Source: Candidatus Poribacteria bacterium (lineage in GTDB: Bacteria > Poribacteria > WGA-4E > WGA-3G). From it: a DNA stretch of 64,000 nt. The position numbers were made by a program, and so were the translations under genes. Below the pieces are notes generated by a model, which saw nothing but the letters and a program-made list of their open reading frames with translations, ran no database searches and was not told the origin of the DNA. The stretch covers positions 800,001 to 864,000 of the forward strand of contig OZ242029.1 of NCBI GenBank assembly GCA_965205015.1. Reading direction: 5' to 3'. Of this stretch, positions 47,297 through 58,200 are shown one piece after another (position 1 is the stretch's first letter; each line of letters starts with the position of its first letter).

Positions 47297-47983
47297 TTAA
47301 CGATTCGTTGTTGTATTCCCTGATTTCAGGGCATGATCCGGTTTCTCGGCGTTGCGCTTTACTTCCCACCCGTGGGACATCGGGACGTTTATCCAATTGC
47401 GAACTGTTTCGGAGATCGACTCCCTCGAATTAGATTCCAGAAGTTGTCCAAATAGAGTGCCGAGTTTCTGAAAGTCGATCTCTCCATAGATGTTCACAAA
47501 GCCCGAATTGCCATTATCGGTGAACATAACGAAAATACCGTTCACTACGCCCGGTTTTTCCGAGTAGAGCAGGCTGAGATCGAATGTATCCCTGATTTTG
47601 ATGAGATGCTCCCACTTCTCATTTGCAAGGATGCTACGGTAGTGGTCCACGATCCGGTTGAGGTCTCTCATCTCTCCATCGTAAGCCCGGATAGAGGCAC
47701 CTTTTAGCATTTCGGCATACGCCGTATATTCCGACATATCTATCGATTTATCTCCAGAAAGTTCCGGATGACTTGCGATACCGAAATTGATAAAGAGGCC
47801 TAAGAGGCTCTTGTCTAAGGTAATTTCCACCTTTGGGACAGGGGCATCCGGCAGATTCATTTCTATCTGACCCCGAACTGTTTCTCCTACGTTGCCGTTC
47901 TGGGCGTGCCCATTGGTGAAGAAACAGCAAACTGCTAAAAAGGCTATACCTGCTAAAAGGGCTGTAAGGGTGGATCTTTTCAT
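47297..47983 (-). CDS. DUF4252-like secreted protein
   Basis: ATG 47983 with SD AAGGAG; signal ..GHA|Q; KVEITL, WEHLIKI, FVNIYGEID. Confidence 0.75.
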   Translation of the reverse strand: MKRSTLTALLAGIAFLAVCCFFTNGHAQNGNVGETVRGQIEMNLPDAPVPKVEITLDKSLLGLFINFGIASHPELSGDKSIDMSEYTAYAEMLKGASIRAYDGEMRDLNRIVDHYRSILANEKWEHLIKIRDTFDLSLLYSEKPGVVNGIFVMFTDNGNSGFVNIYGEIDFQKLGTLFGQLLESNSRESISETVRNWINVPMSHGWEVKRNAEKPDHALKSGNTTTNR

Positions 47984-47996
47984 GCGTTTTTTCTCC

Positions 47997-48659
47997 TTAA
48001 TATGAACGTTGATCGGTTTTTGTATCCAGAGTGCCGTGCGGTAATCGGTCAAGACTATCCAGACTCCGATGGATTGCCGATGAAATATTTCTCTTCTGTT
48101 TTGACACATGACGGGAGGCTGTTTCAATCTGAACAAACGGACGACTTGAAACTTCATCAATCCGCACATCCGGGAGTTTCTCGTTAACAATCGTGCCGGT
48201 TCGCTCCACGGCGTAATTCAACTTACTGAGTGCATAAGCCAAGTCGCGGGAGGCTTGCTGCACTTTCAGATGCTGTTGGTACTGATAGGTCCCGAACAGG
48301 ACAACTCCGATGAGGCACGCCAACGCGCCTGCGCGAGCGAGTACCGAAGTTAAATCATCCGAGAACGTAAACAGTTGGCATATCCGATGTAGCCACTTGG
48401 GTCCCTTGTTGGGATGCGCGCGAACGTACGCCTCAACGGCGTTGAAAATTGCCGGGGATGGCTCTGGTTTCGGAAGTTCGTGTAATGCGCCGCTAATTGC
48501 TTCTGCGAAGCGAATTTCCTCTTGACACATTGAACAGGATGCAACATGTGCCGCTACCGTCGTCGCCGTATTTGCATCCAATTCATCGTCAAGATACGCT
48601 TCTAAGGTATCCTGAACTTCCGTACACGTTAAATCTGGATGGGAAGGAAATTGGTTCAT
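47997..48659 (-). CDS. zf-HC2 (ZAS) transmembrane anti-sigma factor
   Basis: C...L.AYLDDEL...HVASCSMC, one TM; coupled to the sigma gene. Confidence 0.9.
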   Translation of the reverse strand: MNQFPSHPDLTCTEVQDTLEAYLDDELDANTATTVAAHVASCSMCQEEIRFAEAISGALHELPKPEPSPAIFNAVEAYVRAHPNKGPKWLHRICQLFTFSDDLTSVLARAGALACLIGVVLFGTYQYQQHLKVQQASRDLAYALSKLNYAVERTGTIVNEKLPDVRIDEVSSRPFVQIETASRHVSKQKRNISSAIHRSLDSLDRLPHGTLDTKTDQRSY

Positions 48660-49201
48660 TCGTTATCTCTCCAGTAGGGACGCAGTAACTCCCGCAACCG
48701 CTTGCGGGCACGAAATGCTGTTGATTTCACAGTTCCTTCGGGTTGTTCTAACACCGCTGCGATCTCCTTGAAACTCATGCCGTTCAATTCCCGCATAATT
48801 ATGACTGACCGCATATCTGGTGGCAATTTTTGAATCGCACACTGGACCGAGTCTTTGAGTTCTTGTTGGATCACAATCTCATCTGGTGATGGATTCGATC
48901 GACCAGAACGCGTGTGCATCAAAGTTTCGAGTTCTGTTTCGGGATCTGTATCGTCTCCGCCTGTTAAATGCACCTGAAATTTATCTCGCTTTAGCAGATT
49001 GAAACAGAGATTCTGCGCACATTTCAGCAACCATGAGTGTGCAGTCTTCGGACGCAATTTGTTACGGTGTTTCCACGCCGTAATGAACGTCTCCTGTGTT
49101 ATATCCTCTGCATCTTCCCGATTTCCGAGTAGATAGAGGGTGTGTTGATAAACCCGAGCCTTGTGTTGATCGACAAGCTCAAGGAATTTATCTTCTGTCA
49201 T
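48656..49201 (-). CDS. ECF sigma-70 factor (stand-alone)
   Basis: DAEDITQETF, SWLL, LPPDMR, GMSFKEIA..L..PEGTVKS..FRARKRL. Confidence 0.95.
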   Translation of the reverse strand: MTEDKFLELVDQHKARVYQHTLYLLGNREDAEDITQETFITAWKHRNKLRPKTAHSWLLKCAQNLCFNLLKRDKFQVHLTGGDDTDPETELETLMHTRSGRSNPSPDEIVIQQELKDSVQCAIQKLPPDMRSVIIMRELNGMSFKEIAAVLEQPEGTVKSTAFRARKRLRELLRPYWRDNE

Positions 49202-49232
49202 GTTTCAGCTCCGCGCATTTTGAGGTTGCTGT

Positions 49233-49261
49233 TACTACAAACGAGTTGCAAAAAAGTTGCA
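49233..49261 (-). promoter_or_regulatory. Putative autoregulatory ECF promoter, motif B
   Basis: TGCAAC-N16-TGTAGTA about 30 bp upstream of the sigma start. Confidence 0.75.
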
Positions 49262-49305
49262 CTTTTTTAATTTAAGCAATATTAAGAAACAAATCTCAGG
49301 TTCTT

Positions 49306-49420
49306 AGGAAAGGAGGAAGAACAAGAAGGAGGAGGAACAGGAAAGGTGGAAGAGTAGGAAGGGTGGAAGAAACATCGTGTCCGCTATCTTCCAAACTTCC
49401 ATGCTTCCAATCTTCCAAAC
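49306..49420. repeat. Purine/pyrimidine inverted octamer repeat (GGAAG / CTTCC)
   Basis: ggaaaggtggaagagtaggaagggtggaaga ... tcttccaaacttccatgcttccaatcttcc. Confidence 0.6.
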
Positions 49421-49443
49421 CAATACGAAAGCGAAATCAGATC

Positions 49444-50403
49444 TTATTCCCATTGAAACACGCTACCCAACACACGCATCGGTTCATCGCGGAGCCATCT
49501 ATATATCTGTGGTGCCTCATCAACACTCACTCGATGTCGGATGAGGGGTGCAATTTTGACAGACCCCTGACGGAGCAATCGACAGAGATTTTCCAGATCG
49601 TCACACGTGAAGTGGCTACACTGAAGGATACTAATTTCCTTATGTTGCCCGACGTTAAAGGTGTAATTGACATCGAACCGTCCAGCAACTAAGAGCAATC
49701 TACCACGGGTTTTGCAAGCCTGGATCATCGGTGTCACCATATCTGGAACCCCCGCGAAGTCCATGACGGCATCAAAGGAACCCTCTTGAATTTGAGAATC
49801 CCACCCATCGCCACTCGTATTGAGAACCGCCTCTGCTACGCCGAGTTGGCGGCTCTGTTCCAGTCGAGATTCCTCAATGTCGCAAACTGTGACACGGGCA
49901 CCCATGGCGTTAGCGATCTGCGCCGCAAACATACCGATGCAGCCCTGTCCGACAATCAGGATTTTTTCCCCGATGCGCGGATCAACACGTCGGCAGCAAT
50001 GCATCGCGACCCCAGAAATGCCGAAGAGGGCAGCCTCGCCTGGGTCAATGTCTTCTGGCAATTTGAGCAGGAGTCCATCCTCTGGAATCGTGAACCGTTC
50101 GACATGGTTCACACTCGCATAGATGAGGTCGCCGATCTGAAGCTGCGTTACGTCCGGACCTGTTTCAATAACTCTGCCGACGTTCTGGTATCCGTCGGTG
50201 GTCGGCAACCGGTTATCGGAGGCTGAATAGTTACCACCGATCAGTTGATTTCGTTCTGTGCCGTTAGTAAGTCCAGTGAAGACGGCTTGACACAGCACTT
50301 CGTTTCCGGTAGGCGGTGCTGGCGCTTCCCAATCGGTGACAACAATTTTTTCGCGCGTTTTATCTGGCAATAATTTAACGACAAGTGCTCTCACAATTTT
50401 CAC
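49444..50403 (-). CDS. MDR-family alcohol dehydrogenase-like oxidoreductase
   Basis: GTE, GYQNVGRV, GQGCIG Rossmann motif; start GTG 50403 or 50394. Confidence 0.85.
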   Translation of the reverse strand: MKIVRALVVKLLPDKTREKIVVTDWEAPAPPTGNEVLCQAVFTGLTNGTERNQLIGGNYSASDNRLPTTDGYQNVGRVIETGPDVTQLQIGDLIYASVNHVERFTIPEDGLLLKLPEDIDPGEAALFGISGVAMHCCRRVDPRIGEKILIVGQGCIGMFAAQIANAMGARVTVCDIEESRLEQSRQLGVAEAVLNTSGDGWDSQIQEGSFDAVMDFAGVPDMVTPMIQACKTRGRLLLVAGRFDVNYTFNVGQHKEISILQCSHFTCDDLENLCRLLRQGSVKIAPLIRHRVSVDEAPQIYRWLRDEPMRVLGSVFQWE

Positions 50404-50523
50404 CGTTCCTTTAAATAAAAAATTTAATGCGTGACCTCCGTTTAGACTACCCGAAACACTTAGATGTGTCAAGGATTTTAAGAATTTTTGGCTGCCATCG
50501 TGCGCGATTTGTAAAAAAACCTG

Positions 50524-50552
50524 TTGACAGGTCGTCACACTTTTGATATAAT
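50524..50552 (+). promoter_or_regulatory. Consensus sigma70 promoter
   Basis: TTGACA-N17-TATAAT upstream of 50639. Confidence 0.85.
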
Positions 50553-50638
50553 TTTTTAAGATTTTTGCACCAAAAACAGTGGGAAGCGATTGTATCTATT
50601 TTTCATTTTTCACGTTACTTTATTAAGGAGAATCCGCA

Positions 50639-51517
50639 ATGCCGAAACGCGTTAATAAAGCGATTGAATTGTTAGCAGACGACCTGCCTGTCTTCTATAC
50701 GGGCAGTCACACGGGCGCGAACCTGAACTATGACGCGGGTCGCGCGATGGCAAAAACTTGGGCAGACTACATCAATGTCGGCATGGAGCATGGGAGCTTC
50801 GATCTCGCGGGATTGGATAGTTTCATGCGTGGACTCGCTGACGGCGGTCCCACCAATAGCGGACACCAAACCCCGGCTATTATTGTTGAATTGCCAGTAG
50901 ATGGCATCAGCGCAGATGTGATTCGCGCCAACGGTTGGCAGATGCGGCAACTCCTTGCACGCGGTGTGCACGGCTTGCTGCTGTGTCACGCTGAATCCCC
51001 AGAAGCCGTCAAAGCGTTTGTTGAAGCATGCCGTTATCCATTCCAGACGATCGGCGTTGGCACACAATTGGATGTCGGAAGACGCGGCTCCGCCGGACAA
51101 GGTTCCGCTGCACCGATCTGGGGCATCTCCGTTGACAAATACCTGGATGTCGCTGATCCATGGCCCCTGAACCCGGACGGTGAACTGCTCTTGGGTCTCA
51201 AATTCGAAAACAAGCGCGCGTTAGCGAACGTCGAGATCACGGCACAGGTCCCCGGAATCGCCTTCGCCGAATGGGGTCCGGGTGACATGAGTATGTCATT
51301 TGGCTACAAGAATGCACCGAGCCCACGTCCACAGGAATTGGAAGATGCCCGGAATCGCGTCTTTGCGGCGTGCAAATCCGCCGGTATCGCATTTTTGGAA
51401 AGCACTTCACCCGATACAATTGAGGCGAGCATCGACGCGGGTGTCAGGATCACCGGTGGCGGCGAAGAAGCTGCACGCATCGGAAGGGCGTACGCCGGTA
51501 GAACAATGCCTGTCTAA
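50639..51517 (+). CDS. HpcH/HpaI aldolase-family protein
   Basis: MEHG, CRYP, GRRG, KFE, WGPGDMSMS; SD AAGGAG. Confidence 0.82.
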   Translation: MPKRVNKAIELLADDLPVFYTGSHTGANLNYDAGRAMAKTWADYINVGMEHGSFDLAGLDSFMRGLADGGPTNSGHQTPAIIVELPVDGISADVIRANGWQMRQLLARGVHGLLLCHAESPEAVKAFVEACRYPFQTIGVGTQLDVGRRGSAGQGSAAPIWGISVDKYLDVADPWPLNPDGELLLGLKFENKRALANVEITAQVPGIAFAEWGPGDMSMSFGYKNAPSPRPQELEDARNRVFAACKSAGIAFLESTSPDTIEASIDAGVRITGGGEEAARIGRAYAGRTMPV

Positions 51518-51562
51518 AACCTACTTGTAAACCAAGATCCAAAACACCAAGTCTGAAACATG

Positions 51563-51673
51563 GTAGGGGTGCGGGGATTCAGTCTGGGAATAGACTGGAT
51601 TTCGTCTGGGAATAGACTAAATCCGTTCCTTGTATTACATTTCCGTTCCTTGTACTACATTCCCAACCCCTAC
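51563..51673. repeat. GTAG-REP-bounded element with two internal tandem duplications
   Basis: gtaggggt...cccaacccctac enclosing gtctgggaatagact x2 and tccgttccttgta(t/c)tacat x2. Confidence 0.7.
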
Positions 51674-51744
51674 AGTAGGGAACTCCATATAAAGGCACGT
51701 CAAGTCCTCAACCTACACCACTTAACCGCAAGGAAAATTAAAAA

Positions 51745-52479
51745 ATGGCATTAACAGAGCAGGAAATGTTGGCAGAATTGCGCAAATATGATACGCCTTC
51801 AATTACAAACGTGGTTGCCACCTATCCGGGGAGTCCCCATTGCCTTGGACTCTACAACCCGTGGACAGAGAATTGGTATACGGATACAACGATCCGCTGT
51901 ATGTATCCTGAGCTTGGAGCCATCGCAGGTTATGCGGTGACGTGCGTCTACAGCGTACCGGATCCGAACTACTCGGAACTCTCCTTTATGGATGTCATCG
52001 ATGCACTCGGTGCCTCCAAACAACCGACAATCTTCGCATTTGAGCAGAAGTTCCCGCCTGAGCTCGCCAATAAGGTCGGTTTAGCAGGCGGCAACATGAC
52101 AGCGGCGATGAAATCAGTCGGCTGCTTAGGTGCCATTTCAAACGGACCCTCACGCGATATTGACGAAATCCGTCCAATGGAATTTCAGTATCTGTTAAGC
52201 GGCATTACACCCGGACACGGCGCGATGGCGGTTCAGGCTGTCAACGTCCCCGTCTCAATAGGCGGCATGGATGTCGCGCCCGGCGAAATTATCCACATGG
52301 ACGAGAACGGCGCGTGCAAGTTCCCAGGCGATCAGTTGGAGGCGGTCCTGACAAACGTCAAGGCGTTGCTTAAAGAAGAGGGGGATCGGATAGGGAAACT
52401 GCTCTCGGGTCCCAAAACAGCGAAACAGGTCCGGGCAATTTTCAGTGGACACTCTTACGCGGAAGACGAGGAAGAATAG
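51745..52479 (+). CDS. RraA/HMG-aldolase family protein
   Basis: DTP.I.N, GYAVT, GGNM, NGPSRDIDE, PGEIIHMDENG. Confidence 0.85.
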   Translation: MALTEQEMLAELRKYDTPSITNVVATYPGSPHCLGLYNPWTENWYTDTTIRCMYPELGAIAGYAVTCVYSVPDPNYSELSFMDVIDALGASKQPTIFAFEQKFPPELANKVGLAGGNMTAAMKSVGCLGAISNGPSRDIDEIRPMEFQYLLSGITPGHGAMAVQAVNVPVSIGGMDVAPGEIIHMDENGACKFPGDQLEAVLTNVKALLKEEGDRIGKLLSGPKTAKQVRAIFSGHSYAEDEEE

Positions 52480-52502
52480 CGGTTTTCTTTACGGAGGCAC
52501 GC

Positions 52503-53108
52503 ATGGCATCCGCTGCAGCACAAACCTCTCTGACACCTGAAGAATACCTCGCTTTTGAACGCAAAGCGACGACGAAACATGAATACCTCAACGGACAGAT
52601 CGTCGCAATGTCCGGCGCAAGTCGCGAGCATAATCTCATCGCTGGCAACATGTTTAATGGGCTTTACACCCAATTGATAGATGGCGCGTGTGAAACTTAC
52701 ATCAGCGAAATGCGCGTGAAAAATCATCAAACACACTCCTATACATATCCAGATATCGTTGTTGTCTGTGATGAACCGCGCTTTGAGGATGATGTTTTCG
52801 ATACGTTGCTTAATCCGATTGTGCTTATTGAAGTGCTTTCGCCATCTACCGAGGCGTATGATAGAGGCGAGAAATTCGCACACTATCGGCAAATTACTTC
52901 TTTGCAAGAATACGTCCTTGTTTCACAGGATCGGATGCGTGTGGAGCACTATCTTCGGCAAGGGACCCAGTGGCTCCTCACTGAATTTTGTGGACTTCAG
53001 GAAGTGCTGTCCCTCGTTTCAATTGGCTGTGAACTCCGTTTGTCGGATATTTATAGACGCATCACATTTTCTGAGGAGTCCACCCCTTCAACAGAAGTCG
53101 GGGAGTAA
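52503..53108 (+). CDS. Uma2-family (PD-D/ExK) endonuclease
   Basis: EYLNG.I.AM, YPDIVVVC, IEVLSPST..YDRGEK. Confidence 0.92.
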   Translation: MASAAAQTSLTPEEYLAFERKATTKHEYLNGQIVAMSGASREHNLIAGNMFNGLYTQLIDGACETYISEMRVKNHQTHSYTYPDIVVVCDEPRFEDDVFDTLLNPIVLIEVLSPSTEAYDRGEKFAHYRQITSLQEYVLVSQDRMRVEHYLRQGTQWLLTEFCGLQEVLSLVSIGCELRLSDIYRRITFSEESTPSTEVGE

Positions 53109-53111
53109 ATT

Positions 53112-53690
53112 ATGGCATCCGCTGCAGCACAAACTTACCTGTCCCCTGAAGAATACCTCGCTTTTGAACGCAAGGCGACGACGAAACACGAATATCTGAA
53201 TGGACAGATCGTCGCAATGTCCGGCGCAAGCTTCGCGCATAATTTCATCACGGTGAACATAGCAACTTCTCTTAACGTTCAATTGATGGAAGGGGAATGT
53301 CGAGTCGCCACCAGTGATATGCGGGTGAAGGTTACGCAAATAAATTCCTATTTTTACCCCGATGTCGTCGTTGTTTGCGGTGAGCCGCGTGCTGAAGATG
53401 ATACTTTTGACACCCTTCTGAATCCAACGCTCATCGTGGAAGTGCTTTCTCCATCAACGGAAGGTTACGATAGAGGGGAGAAATTTGAGCATTACCAGCA
53501 AATTGCTTCCTTAAAAGATTACATTCTCATCTCCCAAGACGAGATTCGCGTTGAACATTACCGTCGTCAAGAGTCCGAGTGGCTGCGGAGCGAGTTTCGG
53601 GAACTTGAGGATGTCCTATCGCTTCTTTCTATAAACTGTGAACTCCGTTTGCAAGATGTCTACAGACGCGTCGAGATCGCTTCGGGTTAA
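53112..53690 (+). CDS. Uma2-family endonuclease (tandem paralog)
   Basis: Same motifs; first ~40 codons nearly identical to the upstream copy. Confidence 0.92.
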   Translation: MASAAAQTYLSPEEYLAFERKATTKHEYLNGQIVAMSGASFAHNFITVNIATSLNVQLMEGECRVATSDMRVKVTQINSYFYPDVVVVCGEPRAEDDTFDTLLNPTLIVEVLSPSTEGYDRGEKFEHYQQIASLKDYILISQDEIRVEHYRRQESEWLRSEFRELEDVLSLLSINCELRLQDVYRRVEIASG

Positions 53691-53824
53691 TCCTAAAAAT
53701 TTGAAATAAGTAGCAACTTGGGGTATAATAATGTCGGATGAGAATATTCCAGTAGGAAATCCTTTCCCCAATTTCTGCATTAATGAATAGAACCAAGCAC
53801 ACTTAAATCATAACAGGACAAAAA

Positions 53825-55099
53825 ATGGATAACGTCTTCGAGGAACTGAATAAACGGGGTTTTATCAAACAGACCACAAAGGCTGAACAGGTGACACGCC
53901 TGTTAGGTGAAGAACAGGTCACTTACTACGTCGGCTTCGATCCGACAGCATCGAGTCTGCATGTCGGGAGCCTGGTCCCGATAATGGCGATGGCACACCT
54001 GCAACGCGCCGGGCATAAACCGATTGCAATTATCGGGGGCGGCACGACAATGATTGGCGACCCAACGGACAAGACTGAAATGCGTCCAATGTTGTCGCAG
54101 GAACAAATCTCAACCAACGGTAAAGGCATCCTATCGCAGTTGCAACGTTACTTAAATCTTGATGACGGCATAGCAAATAATGAGGGATCCCAGTCTGGAT
54201 CAAAAACCGGAGGGTTTCTTAACAACGCCGACTGGCTGCTATCTGTAAACTATATCGAATTCCTACGCGACATCGGCAAACACTTCCGGGTGAATGAAAT
54301 GATTAAGGCAGAAGGCTACCGACAACGTCTTGACCGTGAACTCGGACTTTCATTCCTCGAATTTAACTATCAACTGCTCCAAGCATACGATTATTTATAT
54401 CTTTTTCAGAAGTACGGGTGCCGTCTCCAACTCGGTGGGGACGACCAGTGGGGCAATATTCTTGCAGGTGTTGATCTCGTCCGTCGCGTCGAAGGTGAAC
54501 GCGTCCACGCCGTCACTTTTCCGCTACTCACGACAGCGAGCGGCGCGAAGATGGGAAAAACCGCAGGCGGTGCAGTTTGGCTCGATGCACAACGGACATC
54601 CCCGTATGAATTTTATCAATACTGGATCAATGTCGACGACCGCGATGTCTCCCGATTTTTAGCGTATTTCACCTTCCTTCCAATGGACGAGATTCGACGC
54701 CTCGGTAACTTGGAAGATGAAGCGATTCGGGAGGCAAAGGAAGTCCTCGCGTATGAAACCACAACACTTGCCCACGGAAAGGCAGAGGCAGACAAAGCGC
54801 AAGCAACATCACGCGCCGCGTTTGGGGGTGGGAACCTTGATGAAGTCGCAATGCCGACTTCGGTTATCGCACCAGAACGACTCGCCAGCGGGATTCCGAT
54901 CATGGAACTCTTCCATGAAGTCGGGTTAGCAAATTCACGGAGTGAAGCGCGGCGGCTCGTCCAGCAGGGAGGCGCCTACATCAACGAAAAACAGTACCGG
55001 GCGATAGATACGGTTGTTGGTAGCGACCTGCTTGAGGAGAATGCTTTGCTCCTCCGCGCTGGAAAGAAACGTTACCACCGCATTATTATTGAAAATTAA
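53825..55099 (+). CDS. tyrS: Tyrosine--tRNA ligase
   Basis: GFDPTASSLHVG, YQLLQAYD, GGDDQWGN, KMGKT, C-terminal S4 domain. Confidence 0.98.
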   Translation: MDNVFEELNKRGFIKQTTKAEQVTRLLGEEQVTYYVGFDPTASSLHVGSLVPIMAMAHLQRAGHKPIAIIGGGTTMIGDPTDKTEMRPMLSQEQISTNGKGILSQLQRYLNLDDGIANNEGSQSGSKTGGFLNNADWLLSVNYIEFLRDIGKHFRVNEMIKAEGYRQRLDRELGLSFLEFNYQLLQAYDYLYLFQKYGCRLQLGGDDQWGNILAGVDLVRRVEGERVHAVTFPLLTTASGAKMGKTAGGAVWLDAQRTSPYEFYQYWINVDDRDVSRFLAYFTFLPMDEIRRLGNLEDEAIREAKEVLAYETTTLAHGKAEADKAQATSRAAFGGGNLDEVAMPTSVIAPERLASGIPIMELFHEVGLANSRSEARRLVQQGGAYINEKQYRAIDTVVGSDLLEENALLLRAGKKRYHRIIIEN

Positions 55100-55208
55100 T
55101 TATAACTATAGAAATTCTTACAGACGCGCTTTCGAGCGTATATCATCATAAAATGGTTATCAGTGTGTTTTGTTTGGGCGTATTGACAACCAAAGGGGTA
55201 CTACGAGT

Positions 55209-58200
55209 ATGACGATTGATAATCCGAACGGGGTTGAGGAAGAGGCAACCTCTCCAAAGCATTATAGCGGAGGTAATCGGGTGGGACTCACTTTCACACC
55301 CTATTTTACCACGCCCGGCGTTCATCCCTACGACTTGTTGGACTGGGAACGCCGTGACGCGGTCATTTACAATGAAAAGGGTGATGTCATCTTTAAACAG
55401 GAACAGGTTGAAGTACCGACAGACTGGACGCAGCTCGCGACAGATATTGCATCATCAAAATATTTCCGAAAAGCCGGAGTACCCGGCGCAGCATCGGAGG
55501 ACAGTGTTCGCCAATTGGTTACCCGTGTGGCGCGTACGCTTCGTCGCGCCGGCGAAGAATTCGGCGGGTATTTTGCGACGCCTGAAGACGCAGAGATGTT
55601 TGAGATGGAATTGACGCATATCCTCGTTACACAACGGGGCGCTTTCAATTCGCCTGTTTGGTTTAACTGCGGCTTGTGGCATGAATATCATATCGAGGGG
55701 GGCGGCGGCAACTATTATTGGGACAGAGACGCACAGGCAGTCAAGGTCACTACCAACGCGTATGAACACCCGCAAAATTCCGCCTGCTTCATCCAAAGCG
55801 TTGAAGATTCTCTGGACTCTATGTTGGAACTCCAGAGAGCCGAAGTGCGTCTCTTTAAATATGGCAGTGGTACAGGCTCCAACTTCAGCAAAGTTCGTGC
55901 AAAGGGTGAACTCCTCTCCGGCGGTGGTGAGAGTTCCGGCGTCCTCTCATTCCTCGAAGGCTTCGATCGGTGGGCAGGCAGTATCAAATCTGGGGGCACC
56001 ACAAGACGCGCAGCCAAAATGGTTATCCTCGACATGGATCACCCAGAAATCGCTGACTATATCGACTGGAAACTCAGAGAAGAGAATAAAGCGAAAGCAC
56101 TCATCGCCGCAGGATACCCCGCCGATTTCAATGGGGAGGCATACAGCACTGTCAGCGGACAGAACAGCAACAACTCCGTCCGGATTCCAGATGATTTCAT
56201 GAGTGCCTACTTACAGGGAGATTCATGGAAAACGACGTACCGCACAAGTGGTGAAGTCGCCGATGAGTATGACGCCAGAACACTGATGGAAAAGATCGCC
56301 TATGCCGCTTGGGCATGCGCAGATCCGGGGGTCCAGTTTGACAGCACAATTCAGAAATGGCATACCTGTAAAAACACGGGCAGAATTAACGCAAGTAATC
56401 CGTGCAGTGAATACCTCTTCTTAGACGATTCTGCCTGTAACCTCGCCAGTATTAACCTTGCCAAATTCTTGAGAGATGATAACACCTTTGATATTGAGGG
56501 TTTCCGCGCGACCGTTCGTGTGTTCGCCACTGCGATGGAAATCATCGTAGATCTCTCCTCATACCCAACCGAAGGTATAGCACAGCGTTCTCATGAATAT
56601 CGTCCCCTCGGACTCGGTTATGCGAACTTGGGCGCACTCTTGATGCGTTTAGGGATTCCTTACGACAGCGACCAAGCGTATGCCTACGCCGGTGCGATTA
56701 CTGCCATCCTGAGTGGTAAAGGGTATCAAACAAGTGCCGAAATTGCGGGGAGCATGGGTCCTTTTGCGGGGTACGCGAAGAATAGCGACTCAATGTTAGA
56801 CGTCATGCGGATGCACCGCGATGCTGCCTACAGTATCGATCCGACAGCATGTCCCCCCGACCTTTTGGATGCTGCACAAGCGGACTGGGATACCTGTGTT
56901 GAAAAGGGAGAACGTTGGGGGTATCGGAATTCCCAAATCAGTGTTATCGCTCCAACGGGAACCATCTCTTTCCTGATGGATTGCGATACGACAGGGATTG
57001 AACCGGAGTTCGCTCTCGTTAAATTCAAGAAGTTGGCAGGCGGCGGGTATATGAAAATTGTCAACCAGAGCGTCCGCGATGCCTTGCACAACTTAGATTA
57101 CACACTCCAGCAAACTGAGGCTATCATTAAGTATCTCATCGGAACGGGCACTTTTGAAGGGACACCGCACATCAATGCGGATACATTGAAACGGAAAGGC
57201 TTCACACTGGAAGATATCGCCCGCGTTGCGGAGATGTTACCGAGTGCCTTCGACCTGAACCTCGCCTTCGCACCCGGCTTTCTCGGAGAAGCCTGTCTTG
57301 AGCGGTTGGGTATCACCGAAGAAGAAGCAGCAGATCCGAGTTTTGACCTTCTCTCTGCAATTGGATTTAGTGAAGATGAAATTAGTATTGCTGAAGAAGT
57401 CATCTGTGGTACAGGCACGGTTGAGGGCGCGCCGCACCTCTCACCGACGCACTATGCCGTTTTCGATTGCGCCGTCCAGTGTGGGAAGCACGGAACGCGT
57501 TACATAAAGCACATGGGACCGCTGAAAATGATGGCAGCTGTGCAACCCTTCATCTCTGGTGCTATCTCCAAGACCGTCAACGTCCCGCACGACGCAACGG
57601 TAGATGACATCAAAACGTTATACGTGGAAGCGTGGCGGCGCGGTGTCAAATGTCTCGCCGTTTATCGGGATGGTAGCAAAGGTAGCCAACCGCTTTCAAC
57701 CCGAAGCCAACAGGATGCGGAGAGTGAAACCGATGAGACTATCGCCGATACGCTCACTGAACGTCCCATCAGGAAGCGTCTCTCTGACACGCGTTCCTCT
57801 CTGACCCACAAATTTAGCGTTGGGGGTCATGAAGGCTACATCCATGTTGGATTCTATGAAGACGGTAGCCCCGGAGAAGTCTTCCTCCGCATGAGTAAAG
57901 AAGGCACTGCCGTCTCTGGACTGATGGACTCTGTCGCGGTCCTCACCTCTATTGCGTTGCAGTACGGCGTGCCGTTAGAGTCGCTCGTTAATAAGTTCAG
58001 CCATGTCCGGTTTGAACCGTCAGGCTTTACATCTAACCCTGACATTCCGATGGCGAAGTCGATTATAGATTACGTTTTCCGGTGGCTCGGCACACAGTTC
58101 CTCACGCAGGAACCACAAGCCGGGAACATGATAGATATGGATGAAGAGATGGTACCCCCTGAGGAACTCCATCCCTACGGACACGGGAGTAACGGTGAAA

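Noticed and set aside
47984-48190. Long N-terminal extensions in the ORF track (also 19411, 39387, 50538, 55170, 58644)
   Set aside because: Downstream starts have better SDs and restore signal peptides or paralog alignment
7418-49261. RiPP or other biosynthetic gene cluster
   Set aside because: Exporters and peptidases are present, but no modifying enzyme or clear precursor
53691-55208. T-box before tyrS; cobalamin riboswitch or NrdR box before nrdJ
   Set aside because: The spacers are short (~110-135 bp) and lack recognisable consensus
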